Part shown: positions 8,653-17,745 of the stretch, piece by piece
Layout of the letters: every line of letters begins with the position of its first letter
Position numbering within the stretch: position 1 is the stretch's first letter
Virus record (IMG/VR): IMGVR_UViG_3300028840_006692
Reading direction: 5' to 3' (one strand)
Length of the DNA: 64,000 nt
Source of the DNA: an uncultured virus (IMG/VR IMGVR_UViG_3300028840_006692)
Taxonomy: Duplodnaviria; Heunggongvirae; Uroviricota; Caudoviricetes
Translations under genes and position numbers: made by a program
The notes under the pieces: model-generated
Told to the model about the DNA's origin: nothing
What the model saw: the letters and a program-made list of their open reading frames with translations, nothing else
Database searches by the model: none

Positions 8653-10034
8653 TTCTTCATTTTGGCCGCAGCAAACAGCCCAACAAGCACCAAAGCACCG
8701 GCGCCCAGTGCCACATACAGGCCGGTATTGTCAGGTTTTGCTTCCTCGACGCCCGTCGGCACCACTCCCGGAGTGGGCGTGGTTCCTGGGGGGAGTTGGG
8801 TAGGCCCCACGACAGCGGGGGGCAGCGTGTACGAAACACACTGCCCGGTGGCCGGGTCCAGGTATTGTCCGGGAGGGCATTGATACCGAATGCACCGACC
8901 GGTGGCAGTATCCCAAAATTCACCTTCCCGGCAAACACCCTGTTGCGGTACCGGTGCCTCACAGGCGCCGGTGGTGGGGTTGTACTCCATGGGAGGCAGG
9001 CAGGCGCCGGTAGGAGGTACGGGCCCGGCGCTGCATGCCTCCAAGTCTCGATAGGTCCCATCGGGTTGTTTGCAGAGATATGCCGCAAACTTGGCGGGGC
9101 CTTGCCCAACGAAGCACTCTTTGTGATCCATCATTTGGGCAAGACGCGCTCTTGCTGCGGCTTCATCTTGCACGAAGCACGCGTGCACCCTGGTATCCGT
9201 GAACAAATCCGGGTCTATGGTTTCCCAAGCGATTGCTTCCCAGGGCACATTTGACACGTTGCCGCTCGTCCAGTCGGTCTCAAAGAAATTAGGCGTGTGG
9301 TTCTTTGCGGACCACGTCATGGGCCGCATTACGTTCGGCATGTTCATCGAGTTGACGAAGAAAGACCACACCTGCGGAAGCATTTGGGGAGGTACAGCAC
9401 CGTTGATCACGTGCCATGGAAACGACTGCCAGGGCACCGCATCCCACGGGATACTGCGAAAGACCGTTGTGTTTGCCTGTGGAACCTGTGCTTGGCGAAG
9501 CAAATCCGATGCGGACCGGTAAGCGTTGGCAAGCGTCCCAAAATCCCATTGGGTCAAATCCGTTGGCCATGATGTTTGCGTGGGGGGAGGATTGGGCATC
9601 CTCGACAGGTACGGCAGCCACCCCACGATCACGTTGCCCACGTTTTGGGGAGAGTAAGGCACCCCATTGGGTCCATTAGGCATTTGCCAACCGGGAAGCT
9701 GGCTCTGAATCTGGGTTTGCAACCCAGGCGCCATGGCTCCCAGGGTAGCACCCAGCACACCAGCCAGCTGGTCGTAAGCAGGTTCGCCAAGCTGCCCCCA
9801 TTTGGCAGGTACGAAGAGATGCTCTCCCGGGGATAGGTTCTCAAACGTGGCGTAGCGGGCTTTAGGATGGTCTACAATGGGCTTATGATGCTGGTTAGCA
9901 CCTACAAGTCCAGGCCATAGGTCGTCGCGTCCTGTGAGCTTGTGAGAGATAAGCTCGGGGGTATCTCCAGGCTGCACCACGTATGTGTAGCGCTGCACAC
10001 CCCCACTTGGGCATGGATGGATGTAGGTTTTCAT
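8649..10034 (-). CDS. LysM-containing tail-anchored membrane protein
   Basis: YVVQPGDTPELISHKLTG..LVGAN LysM; Cys-rich (CxxG.Y.DP.TG.C) repeats; C-terminal TM followed by KMKK; GGAGG SD before ATG 10034. Confidence 0.75.
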   Translation of the reverse strand: MKTYIHPCPSGGVQRYTYVVQPGDTPELISHKLTGRDDLWPGLVGANQHHKPIVDHPKARYATFENLSPGEHLFVPAKWGQLGEPAYDQLAGVLGATLGAMAPGLQTQIQSQLPGWQMPNGPNGVPYSPQNVGNVIVGWLPYLSRMPNPPPTQTSWPTDLTQWDFGTLANAYRSASDLLRQAQVPQANTTVFRSIPWDAVPWQSFPWHVINGAVPPQMLPQVWSFFVNSMNMPNVMRPMTWSAKNHTPNFFETDWTSGNVSNVPWEAIAWETIDPDLFTDTRVHACFVQDEAAARARLAQMMDHKECFVGQGPAKFAAYLCKQPDGTYRDLEACSAGPVPPTGACLPPMEYNPTTGACEAPVPQQGVCREGEFWDTATGRCIRYQCPPGQYLDPATGQCVSYTLPPAVVGPTQLPPGTTPTPGVVPTGVEEAKPDNTGLYVALGAGALVLVGLFAAAKMKK

Positions 10035-10035
10035 G

Positions 10036-10812
10036 TTACCTCCGTTTTTTGCCAAATGCCCACCACGCCAAACCAGCCACCGCAAGCCCTCCGACGACCC
10101 ATGCCGCGGTGGAGTAATCTGTTTTCTCAGCCAATCCCGTGGAGGTCAGAGCCAACCCAGAAGCACCACAAGCTTGGTCCTCAGGAAGCCACACCTCACC
10201 CGGGGGGCAATCTTTCGGCATACCCGTGGGGGATACAATCACCCACCCATACTGAGCGCACTCCTGAGGAACAGGCGCGTTGACAAATATCGAATCAAAC
10301 GCTTGGACACCAAACGTAGCAGAATCGAATTCTTTATCGTTCTGCCGCAATGCTTCTTCTCGAACAGCCCACTGCAGGAGCATCGAATTATCGAGCAAAT
10401 ACTTCAAGCTTGGACTGTCCAAAGGCATCATAGCAACAACTGCACCATCGTTGGTGGGGTCAGTGCCACTAATACCTGGTTGCAGCATAGCCAATGCCCA
10501 AGCATCCATGCACTTCCAGTTACCATCTGTAGCAACCGCCAAACGGCCAGCATAAATTCGATGCATAGCTTCTTGCGCCAAGGCTATCAAAGACTTGGCT
10601 TTGGCAATGACTCGCCCCATGCCTAGTTTGCTTTGCCCGGTAGCAATCTTAGGCACCTTGGCAAAATAGATCAAGCACTCCGCTTCTGGGCGTGACAAAT
10701 CGACATAGAGGCTTTGCAGCATTTGCCGATATACTGGATCATTTTCTGTTACCTCGATCCCCAAGTCCTCTACGATGACATAGGAATCAAGTACCTGTAG
10801 TTCACTAGCCAC
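10036..10812 (-). CDS. Tail-anchored membrane protein
   Basis: C-terminal TM (AAWVVGGLAVAGLAWWAFG) followed by KKRR; GGAGG SD. Confidence 0.7.
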   Translation of the reverse strand: MASELQVLDSYVIVEDLGIEVTENDPVYRQMLQSLYVDLSRPEAECLIYFAKVPKIATGQSKLGMGRVIAKAKSLIALAQEAMHRIYAGRLAVATDGNWKCMDAWALAMLQPGISGTDPTNDGAVVAMMPLDSPSLKYLLDNSMLLQWAVREEALRQNDKEFDSATFGVQAFDSIFVNAPVPQECAQYGWVIVSPTGMPKDCPPGEVWLPEDQACGASGLALTSTGLAEKTDYSTAAWVVGGLAVAGLAWWAFGKKRR

Positions 10813-10845
10813 CTTTACACCTCCTGCATTCTGGCAACCTATGCA

Positions 10846-11622
10846 TCATCTAGGCTCCGGATTGCAAACATCCAAAAGCATTTCTGCACCGATCCGCCAG
10901 TAGCGCGATTCTGGATATTGCAGCACAAATCTGTCTTCTGGTCTGAGCGCTGACGTGTTCCCTGGATCGGGGGGATTGGGGCGTGTTTCCGGATCCGTCT
11001 GCCAAACTGATGCGAAGAAAATCACATCGGCGGGCCCAACCACCTCAAGATTGAGATCGTTGGGCAAAACACCGTTGGCGTACGGATACCGCATATCACG
11101 CATATTTCCAAGCCCACCAATATCCTCACCAGGGGGAATTCCGCCATTTAGCGGGATGTATGGGGTCACCTGACGGGTGAGAATGCCAGAAAGCTGACCT
11201 TCTTGCAAAGCAGTGTAAGGCGGAAATGCGACAACATCCGACGGTTGTCGAATGTATGTACCACGCTTTACAGCAAGCTTTCGAAGGTGCCAACTAACAT
11301 TTCCGTCTATAAACCGCCAAGTTGGGCTGATCACCTCTTGTTCGACGGGAATCACAGCTCCGCCTTGTTCGGTCGGTAATTCGGTTCCGATCGTCAGCAG
11401 TTGACGCACCCACCGAACAACACAGCGGACATACGGCCCCAAGCGCAAGCCGCAAAGGCGCACCAGGTAGCGCAGTTCGCTCGATGTGGTGGGTGCTACG
11501 GGCAGCACAAGACCAGAAGCGCTCAAATCCCCCGGCCAAGGTGACCCGCCCACAAATTGCAGCGTCGGGTCATACTGCACTGTGGATTTGACTACGCGTT
11601 GGTACCTTGCACATTCCGCCAT
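10846..11622 (-). CDS. Soluble beta-rich protein, candidate minor capsid/penton
   Basis: No TM; alternating hydrophobic strands; third gene of the candidate shell cluster. Function is inference only. Confidence 0.4.
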   Translation of the reverse strand: MAECARYQRVVKSTVQYDPTLQFVGGSPWPGDLSASGLVLPVAPTTSSELRYLVRLCGLRLGPYVRCVVRWVRQLLTIGTELPTEQGGAVIPVEQEVISPTWRFIDGNVSWHLRKLAVKRGTYIRQPSDVVAFPPYTALQEGQLSGILTRQVTPYIPLNGGIPPGEDIGGLGNMRDMRYPYANGVLPNDLNLEVVGPADVIFFASVWQTDPETRPNPPDPGNTSALRPEDRFVLQYPESRYWRIGAEMLLDVCNPEPR

Positions 11623-11629
11623 TTGGGCC

Positions 11630-12241
11630 TCACTTTGCTTGGAATTGTGGATACAGGCCCATTTCCTTCAAAGCGCAAACGGCTTCCTGGTACCCCACCT
11701 GTCGAAGATTGCACCCGCTTAGTTCCAATCCCGTCATCGTCATTTGTAGAACATAGGGGATTTCATCTTCTGCCAGGTTACGATCCAGAATCGCATCCAC
11801 GAAAAGATTTTGGTCTTGATCAATCACCCACGCGTTGTTGAGCAGATCACGATCGTTGCCGCGAGTTGTCGCGATGTTTTCGAGCGCGATATAGCCTTCC
11901 GTCAGCTGGAATCGATCCGGGCCCTCGATTCTAAGGCTCACATTGATCCAAGGAGTTTCGTTTCGGTACGCGTCGATGATTGGCTTGAAAAGTGATCCGT
12001 TGTTGGCCTGAGGTGCGCGGATGTTGTAGACAAATTGTTGAATCCAGACCGGTTGGTAAAACCGCTCTTGGAATGCAGTCGTGACGATTGACCCCACAGT
12101 CCCGGCATCATCCCAATTGATATTGAGTTGATACGAACGCGGGGCCATTGGTTGGCCCTTTGCCATCATGAGGGCAAGGCGCGGATTGAGTAGGGCGATG
12201 GTACGAAGATTGTCTGCGAGATTTGCCCAGCCGCCGATCAT
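11630..12241 (-). CDS. Soluble beta-rich protein, candidate single jelly-roll capsid protein
   Basis: About eight predicted strands (YQLNINW, VWIQQFVYNI, INVSLRI, LFVDAIL, LQMTMTG); GGAGG SD; follows the 429-aa candidate. Confidence 0.45.
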   Translation of the reverse strand: MIGGWANLADNLRTIALLNPRLALMMAKGQPMAPRSYQLNINWDDAGTVGSIVTTAFQERFYQPVWIQQFVYNIRAPQANNGSLFKPIIDAYRNETPWINVSLRIEGPDRFQLTEGYIALENIATTRGNDRDLLNNAWVIDQDQNLFVDAILDRNLAEDEIPYVLQMTMTGLELSGCNLRQVGYQEAVCALKEMGLYPQFQAK

Positions 12242-12353
12242 TTTGTATCCTCCGTGCGGTAGGTCTCCCCTGCGAAAGATGGGGACCGCACGGGGAAACC
12301 TGGGTTCTAGTTAGCGGTCATTCTCGGATGAGTCAGTGCAAGACGAACTGAGA

Positions 12354-13643
12354 TCAGCGGTTTCCTTGGTCTTTGGGGCCCATCACGCCAACAGGAACGC
12401 ACATGGTGCCGCCGTGCGGTGATTGCACCAATCGTCCTTGTTGTGTCATGAGCTTTGCAGTATCACCGGAGATCGCGCGATACATCTCTTCGCAAACACT
12501 CTCGCGCGCCTCGAATCCCTTGAAGCCAATTCCAAGGCGGAAGGGCCCCGCGGGGATTCTGGTCATGCCACCATAACCACCGTCAGCAACTGCGACGATA
12601 TCGTCAGGCTCATTGATCGGGAAGTTTGCGGAAGCTATACCAGGAACAGGATTCAGGCACTGATCGATTGACATCTCTTCCAGCATGCGCTGCAAGTAGT
12701 ATTCATCGCCGGCTGCGCGATAGAGCACCACCTTCAGTTTGGGTTGTGGGATCGAGGGGAAGGGGATGGGGCAGGGCAACCGGTACCATTGCTCAACCGC
12801 GGGGTACGCTTGCGGGCGGCCGTAAGCGGTGTTGTCGGCCACGTATCTCTGAGGTGTGATTTCGCCATCGGCGCCCTGCGCGCTGTTGATCGGTACGAAG
12901 AATCCAGGATCAACACCACCGGGGAATCCAGCAGCATTTGCAAGCAGATAGTCGTTTACATCGCGTGTTCGGCGAATATGAGACGCTTTGCTATCGCCAA
13001 AGCCGCTCCAATCAACCTGCGAGCAGCAGTTGCCCAGATCGGCCAAAGATTCGTCAAGCAGCACCTCATAAGTGTTGTTGTAGCAGTACATCTTGAGGCG
13101 ATAAGCATGCAGAAATGCCCACATCGCTCGCCATACAGGACCGCCCCACTCAATCTGTGACGGGCACACAATCAAGCCTTCGGGGGGTTCCTGCGCGTTG
13201 AACAACCCACCAAGAAGGCCAGGAGTGTTGCGCAGGCTCATCGGAGATGCTGGCAATTGATTGAATTGTCCCGCACCAGCGCCAAACAGGTTTTGAGGGC
13301 CAAATTGGTTACCTTCGATCACCAGCGAGTGTGGATCGGCGTACGCGTACACACAAATGCCCAGCATCACAAAAGGAATGTCGAATGTGATCGTGGGATC
13401 CGACAGCGCTTTGGAATACGCCATCGTATTTCGAGCGCTGGCTTGTGCCGTCTGCTCACGAATGGAAAACAGGTTGATCTCAGGCGCCGACAAAAAGTCG
13501 ATGTCGTCTTGCACCAAGGGTGCGTGGAAGTTACGCACGCTGAACTCGACAGTGGGCACGCAATGCGTATCCGCGTCGAGGCACATTTGCAAATCATTCA
13601 TCGTTCGGCAGGGAATATTCAGTTTGTTTTGCGCTGGCATCAT
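12354..13643 (-). CDS. Candidate major capsid protein
   Basis: 429 aa, no TM, beta-rich, GGAGA SD, directly downstream of the basic core-like protein; no HK97 features recognised. The CDS is secure, the function is inferred. Confidence 0.45.
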   Translation of the reverse strand: MMPAQNKLNIPCRTMNDLQMCLDADTHCVPTVEFSVRNFHAPLVQDDIDFLSAPEINLFSIREQTAQASARNTMAYSKALSDPTITFDIPFVMLGICVYAYADPHSLVIEGNQFGPQNLFGAGAGQFNQLPASPMSLRNTPGLLGGLFNAQEPPEGLIVCPSQIEWGGPVWRAMWAFLHAYRLKMYCYNNTYEVLLDESLADLGNCCSQVDWSGFGDSKASHIRRTRDVNDYLLANAAGFPGGVDPGFFVPINSAQGADGEITPQRYVADNTAYGRPQAYPAVEQWYRLPCPIPFPSIPQPKLKVVLYRAAGDEYYLQRMLEEMSIDQCLNPVPGIASANFPINEPDDIVAVADGGYGGMTRIPAGPFRLGIGFKGFEARESVCEEMYRAISGDTAKLMTQQGRLVQSPHGGTMCVPVGVMGPKDQGNR

Positions 13644-13658
13644 TCAATCTCCTGTAAT

Positions 13659-13714
13659 TTTGCTAGATACGTTGAAAGCCGCCGAATTTGCTAGCTACGT
13701 TGAAAGCCTCCGAA
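13659..13714. promoter_or_regulatory. Tandem 28-bp direct repeat upstream of the candidate MCP
   Basis: TTTGCTAG[A/C]TACGTTGAAAGCC[G/T]CCGAA twice, head-to-tail, intergenic. Confidence 0.6.
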
Positions 13715-13724
13715 ATCGATCAGC

Positions 13725-15401
13725 TTACCGTCTGGCGTGTCTCCGTCGTTGGGCCACCGCCAACATGTCGTTGATCGGGGCGGGTTGTGCTGTTTGAGGA
13801 GCCTCGGCTTGAGGAGCCTCGGCTTGAGGAGCCGCGGCTTGGGGGGCCTCGACTTGGGGCTCACCGACACCAGGGCGAGCTAACACTGCATTTGCAGGAG
13901 CACCTCCTTGTGGGAGTGCATCACTGGGCCAAGATGTCGGAACGTGCAAGCCTTGATTTGCGACTACAGGCACCTGCATTTGTTGCGGTGTCGGTACAAG
14001 ATGGTACCCAGGCGTGGGCAGCTGGGGAGACACCAATTTTGGGATCTCGATTGCACATGATGAGCATGTTACCGGAGGAGTTACTCCGGGGACAGCCGCA
14101 CCACATTTGCACGTGCCTTGGCAACCTGCTGTGCAAAGCGGGAAAGTCTTTGCAAGGTCATACCCAGCAGCCTGGCCATAGTTCTGGCCGCAGCCACAAC
14201 CACCTACGGCGCCCTGAGCTCCGGCAACCGCGCCATTATTGGTTGCTGCCGGAGTTCCCAGAAAAGGGTGGTGGTGTCCCTGTACATAAAGTGCTTGTTG
14301 TTGTGCTTGCGGAGCATGCACGGCACCAGGCAGTCCGTATCGAGGAATCTGTGGTCCGGCCGTGCCAAAAGTAGCCACGGTACCCTCTGGCGGCAGCGCC
14401 GAGGCTGCGGGTGCATCCTGCTTGTCGGGGAACAAGCGGTTTGCATAGCTGTCCTCAGTGGGGCTCTTGACCTTCCAAACCGCTGGCGCAATCACATCGA
14501 ACAGCAACTGGTCGAGGAATTTGACCCCGAACCCAGCCGCGGCACCACCCAGAGACCAAGCCGCCACCGGGCTCTTTTTCTTCGCCATGTAAGAGCCGAG
14601 AGCCAAGACCGCGGTGCCCAAACCGGAAACCGCCATTCTGGTCCCGTCAGCTTTCTTGGCGATGGCTGCACTGGCTTGGGGGCCGTACAGTGCCTTGTTG
14701 GCATTCTTGGGCGCACGCGTAGCTACCGCACGATCCACCACCTCAGCCAACCCGTAACCTACGGCCAGCCCGATGGCTCCCGCAGCCATGTGCTTGTACA
14801 TGACGGTGGGGTTACTCAGAGAATACCTGCGTCGAACCGAAATGACCGCCTTGCGTCCGGCGTAGTTCCCAGTGGGAACAGTACGCTTCTGCTTGCGAGT
14901 TGGCTTGCGTCGACGCGCACGCACAACACTCTGTTGCATTTTGTAAAGCGGGGTGGTGCGCCGGCGCCGCCGCCGAGTAGTCCGCTTTCGAGCGGTCGTG
15001 GTGCCGGTCTTCTTGGTCGTCCGGCGTCTGGTCTTGCGGCGTTTTCGTCCAGCAAGTCTTTTCTTCTCCGCTTCAACTTGTGCGGCCGCTCCTGCTACTG
15101 CCATGGGATTTGCCTCCTTATATTTCAACTCTATCGGAACACATCGAGCCGGACAGGTTTTCCTCGGTTGCGTTGCCCGCGATGTCTTCCGTTTGCTCGG
15201 ATTTGTGCGACTTGCGGAAAGTCGCCCGCGCGTTGCCCGTTTGGTGTGCTTTCTGGGCTGCGTTTTTTTGGCGCGCTCTAAGGAGGTTTTGCGCCCAGCA
15301 GTTTTTGCTTTACGAGAAACTGCGCTTGCATAAGAAGCTTGTTTCTTCGCGAGCAACCCTTGTGCTTTGCTGACCTGTTTCGCTTTAGATGTCTGGGGCA
15401 T
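13725..15401 (-). CDS. Lys/Arg-rich protein with hydrophobic helices (candidate DNA-condensing core/membrane protein)
   Basis: Protamine-like RKRRKTRRRTTKK/RRRRRR tracts, NP motifs, 2-3 hydrophobic helices, Ala/Pro/Gln-rich tail; start probably MPQTSK. Confidence 0.65.
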   Translation of the reverse strand: MPQTSKAKQVSKAQGLLAKKQASYASAVSRKAKTAGRKTSLERAKKTQPRKHTKRATRGRLSASRTNPSKRKTSRATQPRKTCPARCVPIELKYKEANPMAVAGAAAQVEAEKKRLAGRKRRKTRRRTTKKTGTTTARKRTTRRRRRRTTPLYKMQQSVVRARRRKPTRKQKRTVPTGNYAGRKAVISVRRRYSLSNPTVMYKHMAAGAIGLAVGYGLAEVVDRAVATRAPKNANKALYGPQASAAIAKKADGTRMAVSGLGTAVLALGSYMAKKKSPVAAWSLGGAAAGFGVKFLDQLLFDVIAPAVWKVKSPTEDSYANRLFPDKQDAPAASALPPEGTVATFGTAGPQIPRYGLPGAVHAPQAQQQALYVQGHHHPFLGTPAATNNGAVAGAQGAVGGCGCGQNYGQAAGYDLAKTFPLCTAGCQGTCKCGAAVPGVTPPVTCSSCAIEIPKLVSPQLPTPGYHLVPTPQQMQVPVVANQGLHVPTSWPSDALPQGGAPANAVLARPGVGEPQVEAPQAAAPQAEAPQAEAPQTAQPAPINDMLAVAQRRRHARR

Positions 15402-15572
15402 CGCTAGGCCAACCGAGTTGTGGGGCGCTCCCCAACACCAATGGGAGATGGCTCGTGGGGTGTGTTGAAGAGCGCCCAAACATGCAAAAACCTAAACCAA
15501 TTGACACTACAAGGCTATCATCAGCTTGGGGCTAACTCAAGCTGCATCAAATTTTATCCGTATATTGGGGGG

Positions 15573-16064
15573 CTACGGCCAAACAAAACCGTGGCTATCC
15601 ACGACACAACCACGAGGGAGTACAACCATGTAGCTCGTGCTTTTTTGTGTTGTCATCAGGCGCACAGGAGGCGCTTCTAACTTGAAATCATGATGATATT
15701 TGCCGCAATACTCACCGCTGCGAGCATAGTAAATTCGTGCAACACGTCCTAGTTCAGACCAATCGCCTTGTGGCAGCTTTACTTTACCAAGTTTGATACG
15801 TACATCATGACCAAAATAAGCGTTTACTATAGACCCAAATGCGGGATCTTCTATGTGGACAAACCCATTACGTAGTGCATACGGTGCGATCATAACTGTG
15901 CACACCGGTAGCACGCCACCAAGAACGTCCTGATACATCATCCAGTTGTTTGGAATATCTACAAGGCGACCATCTTCAAGATCAAATTTGACGTGATCAC
16001 CACGTGTCAAAAAGAAGTGCCCAGATTCATCTTGGAGGATCAAACCGTGCGATTTACGCCCCAT
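15573..16064 (-). CDS. Hypothetical protein (LGxVxxIYY...YxHDF motif)
   Basis: GGAGG SD before MGRKSHG; globular composition. Confidence 0.6.
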   Translation of the reverse strand: MGRKSHGLILQDESGHFFLTRGDHVKFDLEDGRLVDIPNNWMMYQDVLGGVLPVCTVMIAPYALRNGFVHIEDPAFGSIVNAYFGHDVRIKLGKVKLPQGDWSELGRVARIYYARSGEYCGKYHHDFKLEAPPVRLMTTQKSTSYMVVLPRGCVVDSHGFVWP

Positions 16065-16897
16065 AGGATGCCTCCAAGTAGCGCAGCACCAGCAAACGCA
16101 CCAAGTATCCAACACGGTTGGGGGAGCTCTGGCAGATCTCTGGTCCATTCTGTTTGAACATGGCCAAGCAGAATAGGATCTTTGGTGCGCACAAGACACG
16201 CGCGGTTTTGATTCTGAGCAATCGCGTACGCATGGCGCGTGATGAGCTCAGCATCGATGGCAGCTTGCCGATCGGTGGTGGTCTTGAAAATACTTCGTGC
16301 AATCAAAGATGCATCGCCGTCTTCAAGCATTGCGTAGTTTGCAGCAGGCGCACTACCTAGCAACACTTCAATAAATCTTTTTGCTCCCGCATCATTGTTG
16401 TTTGCATGCTCGAAACACGCAGAAATCTCGCGAACGGATCCTCCTTCACGTACTTCGATCATATCAACAAACGCAGGCGCAAAACACGTGTTGGTCTCAA
16501 CACACGTTTCACAAATCACCGCGCCCCAGTTGTGATGCCCCCACCATTTGCTCATATCGCGAGAACCCCTCACTGCACGAGGAAACCCGGGCCATCCATA
16601 GTTCGCAAGCATACGTGAGATTGCTTGCGAAGATTGGATCACGGTTTCACTTGGGTTGTACCCAAGCGCTTTCCAAGCCGCCTCAAGCACTAGCCGCGCC
16701 CAAATATCCAAACACGCCTGATCTGGGCACCCAGGCACATCAGCCAGATTTCTTGATTGTCGTTCGGCTTCTCCCGGATCCGGCCCAGACCCCGGGTAAG
16801 CATCCCCCCAAGAAAGCGGAGCGTCCGGGCCATCACCACCCAGCCAACCCCTCGGGACAACTGCTCCCCCATCTCCTAGACACCGTCGAACTGTCAT
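16040..16897 (-). CDS. Tail-anchored glucosaminidase/lysozyme-fold-like protein, probably degenerate
   Basis: QAISRMLANYG...HHNWGAV...FEHANNNDAGAKRFIEVL resembles GH73-type motifs but lacks the usual catalytic Glu; C-terminal TM. Confidence 0.45.
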   Translation of the reverse strand: MTVRRCLGDGGAVVPRGWLGGDGPDAPLSWGDAYPGSGPDPGEAERQSRNLADVPGCPDQACLDIWARLVLEAAWKALGYNPSETVIQSSQAISRMLANYGWPGFPRAVRGSRDMSKWWGHHNWGAVICETCVETNTCFAPAFVDMIEVREGGSVREISACFEHANNNDAGAKRFIEVLLGSAPAANYAMLEDGDASLIARSIFKTTTDRQAAIDAELITRHAYAIAQNQNRACLVRTKDPILLGHVQTEWTRDLPELPQPCWILGAFAGAALLGGILWGVNRTV

Positions 16898-17742
16898 GCG
16901 CCCACCATGCAAACACCCCCCTCGGGGGGAATAATAGACCAACGGTTAGCCGCAAGCGCTCCCACAACTGCCGGCAAAACAACAGCGGCTTGATAGCGGT
17001 GATCGCCTATCGAGGTAGGATCTACCTTTCGATAGGAAAGCGCGTAAAAGCCTCCAACATTCACGGCCCATTCGATGGGGGGATCTTCGTATGTGTGGCG
17101 CCCCCACTGAGTGACGTTGCCGTCCGGCCACCTTTGCCGTCCAGCTGGATTGGTCCAAGGGTGTCTGGACGGGTCGTGATAGAGCACTTCGGGCAGAGTG
17201 TTCGAAATGTATGGGTACCCCGCAAGAATGCCCTCTGTTATCTCTTGTGTGGTCACGCTTGTTGGGTCTTGCCCAGGCGGGCCGTCTGCCTGGGAATTGG
17301 TGATTGCAAGTAACCTGTTACCCGCGACCACATTCGAAAATGGTGGCACACCATAAGCGGCAAGTTTACCAAAAGCCACATACGGCCCAAGATATCCCCC
17401 TCGGACCGCAGGATACGAAACAGACTGGCAATGAATACCGTCTATGCAAATCACCGTGTCCACATAACCCCCATCTGCGGAAGATAAAAACGTACGGACA
17501 CCAGAGCAAGACGCAGAAAAACCAAGAAGGCCTATGCGTAGGGGTTGGACACCAGGAAGCTTGGTCCGTATGGCCTCACGGATTGGTCTATGACCAAGTG
17601 CAAGGACAGAACCCCGAAAGTCTGGGTGTCTTCCGGGGGGACTCCCCATGTTCAGAAACGCGGTTGGCCGTCTGAACATCGGGCGCGCATCATTGGGAAT
17701 CGGCCCGTGGTTCCAAAATATAAAAACGTCCTTGTAGGACAT
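16894..17742 (-). CDS. Alpha/beta-hydrolase-fold protein
   Basis: IGLLGFSAS nucleophile elbow, VICIDGIH strand-Asp, late GDH His; paralog at 62880. Confidence 0.6.
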   Translation of the reverse strand: MSYKDVFIFWNHGPIPNDARPMFRRPTAFLNMGSPPGRHPDFRGSVLALGHRPIREAIRTKLPGVQPLRIGLLGFSASCSGVRTFLSSADGGYVDTVICIDGIHCQSVSYPAVRGGYLGPYVAFGKLAAYGVPPFSNVVAGNRLLAITNSQADGPPGQDPTSVTTQEITEGILAGYPYISNTLPEVLYHDPSRHPWTNPAGRQRWPDGNVTQWGRHTYEDPPIEWAVNVGGFYALSYRKVDPTSIGDHRYQAAVVLPAVVGALAANRWSIIPPEGGVCMVGA

Positions 17743-17745
17743 GGC

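Noticed and set aside
12242..12353. c-di-GMP riboswitch-like element in the intergenic gap
   Set aside because: Only fragmentary resemblance (GAAA loop, GGGAC), and on the strand opposite the flanking genes. A simple hairpin near the 12241 SD is sufficient explanation; an Infernal scan would settle it.
14118..15281. Long antisense or alternative-frame ORFs (e.g. 14118..15281+, 16381..17313+, 58012..59001+, 6554..7375-)
   Set aside because: They shadow better-supported genes in GC-rich or repetitive sequence and have no motifs or SD.
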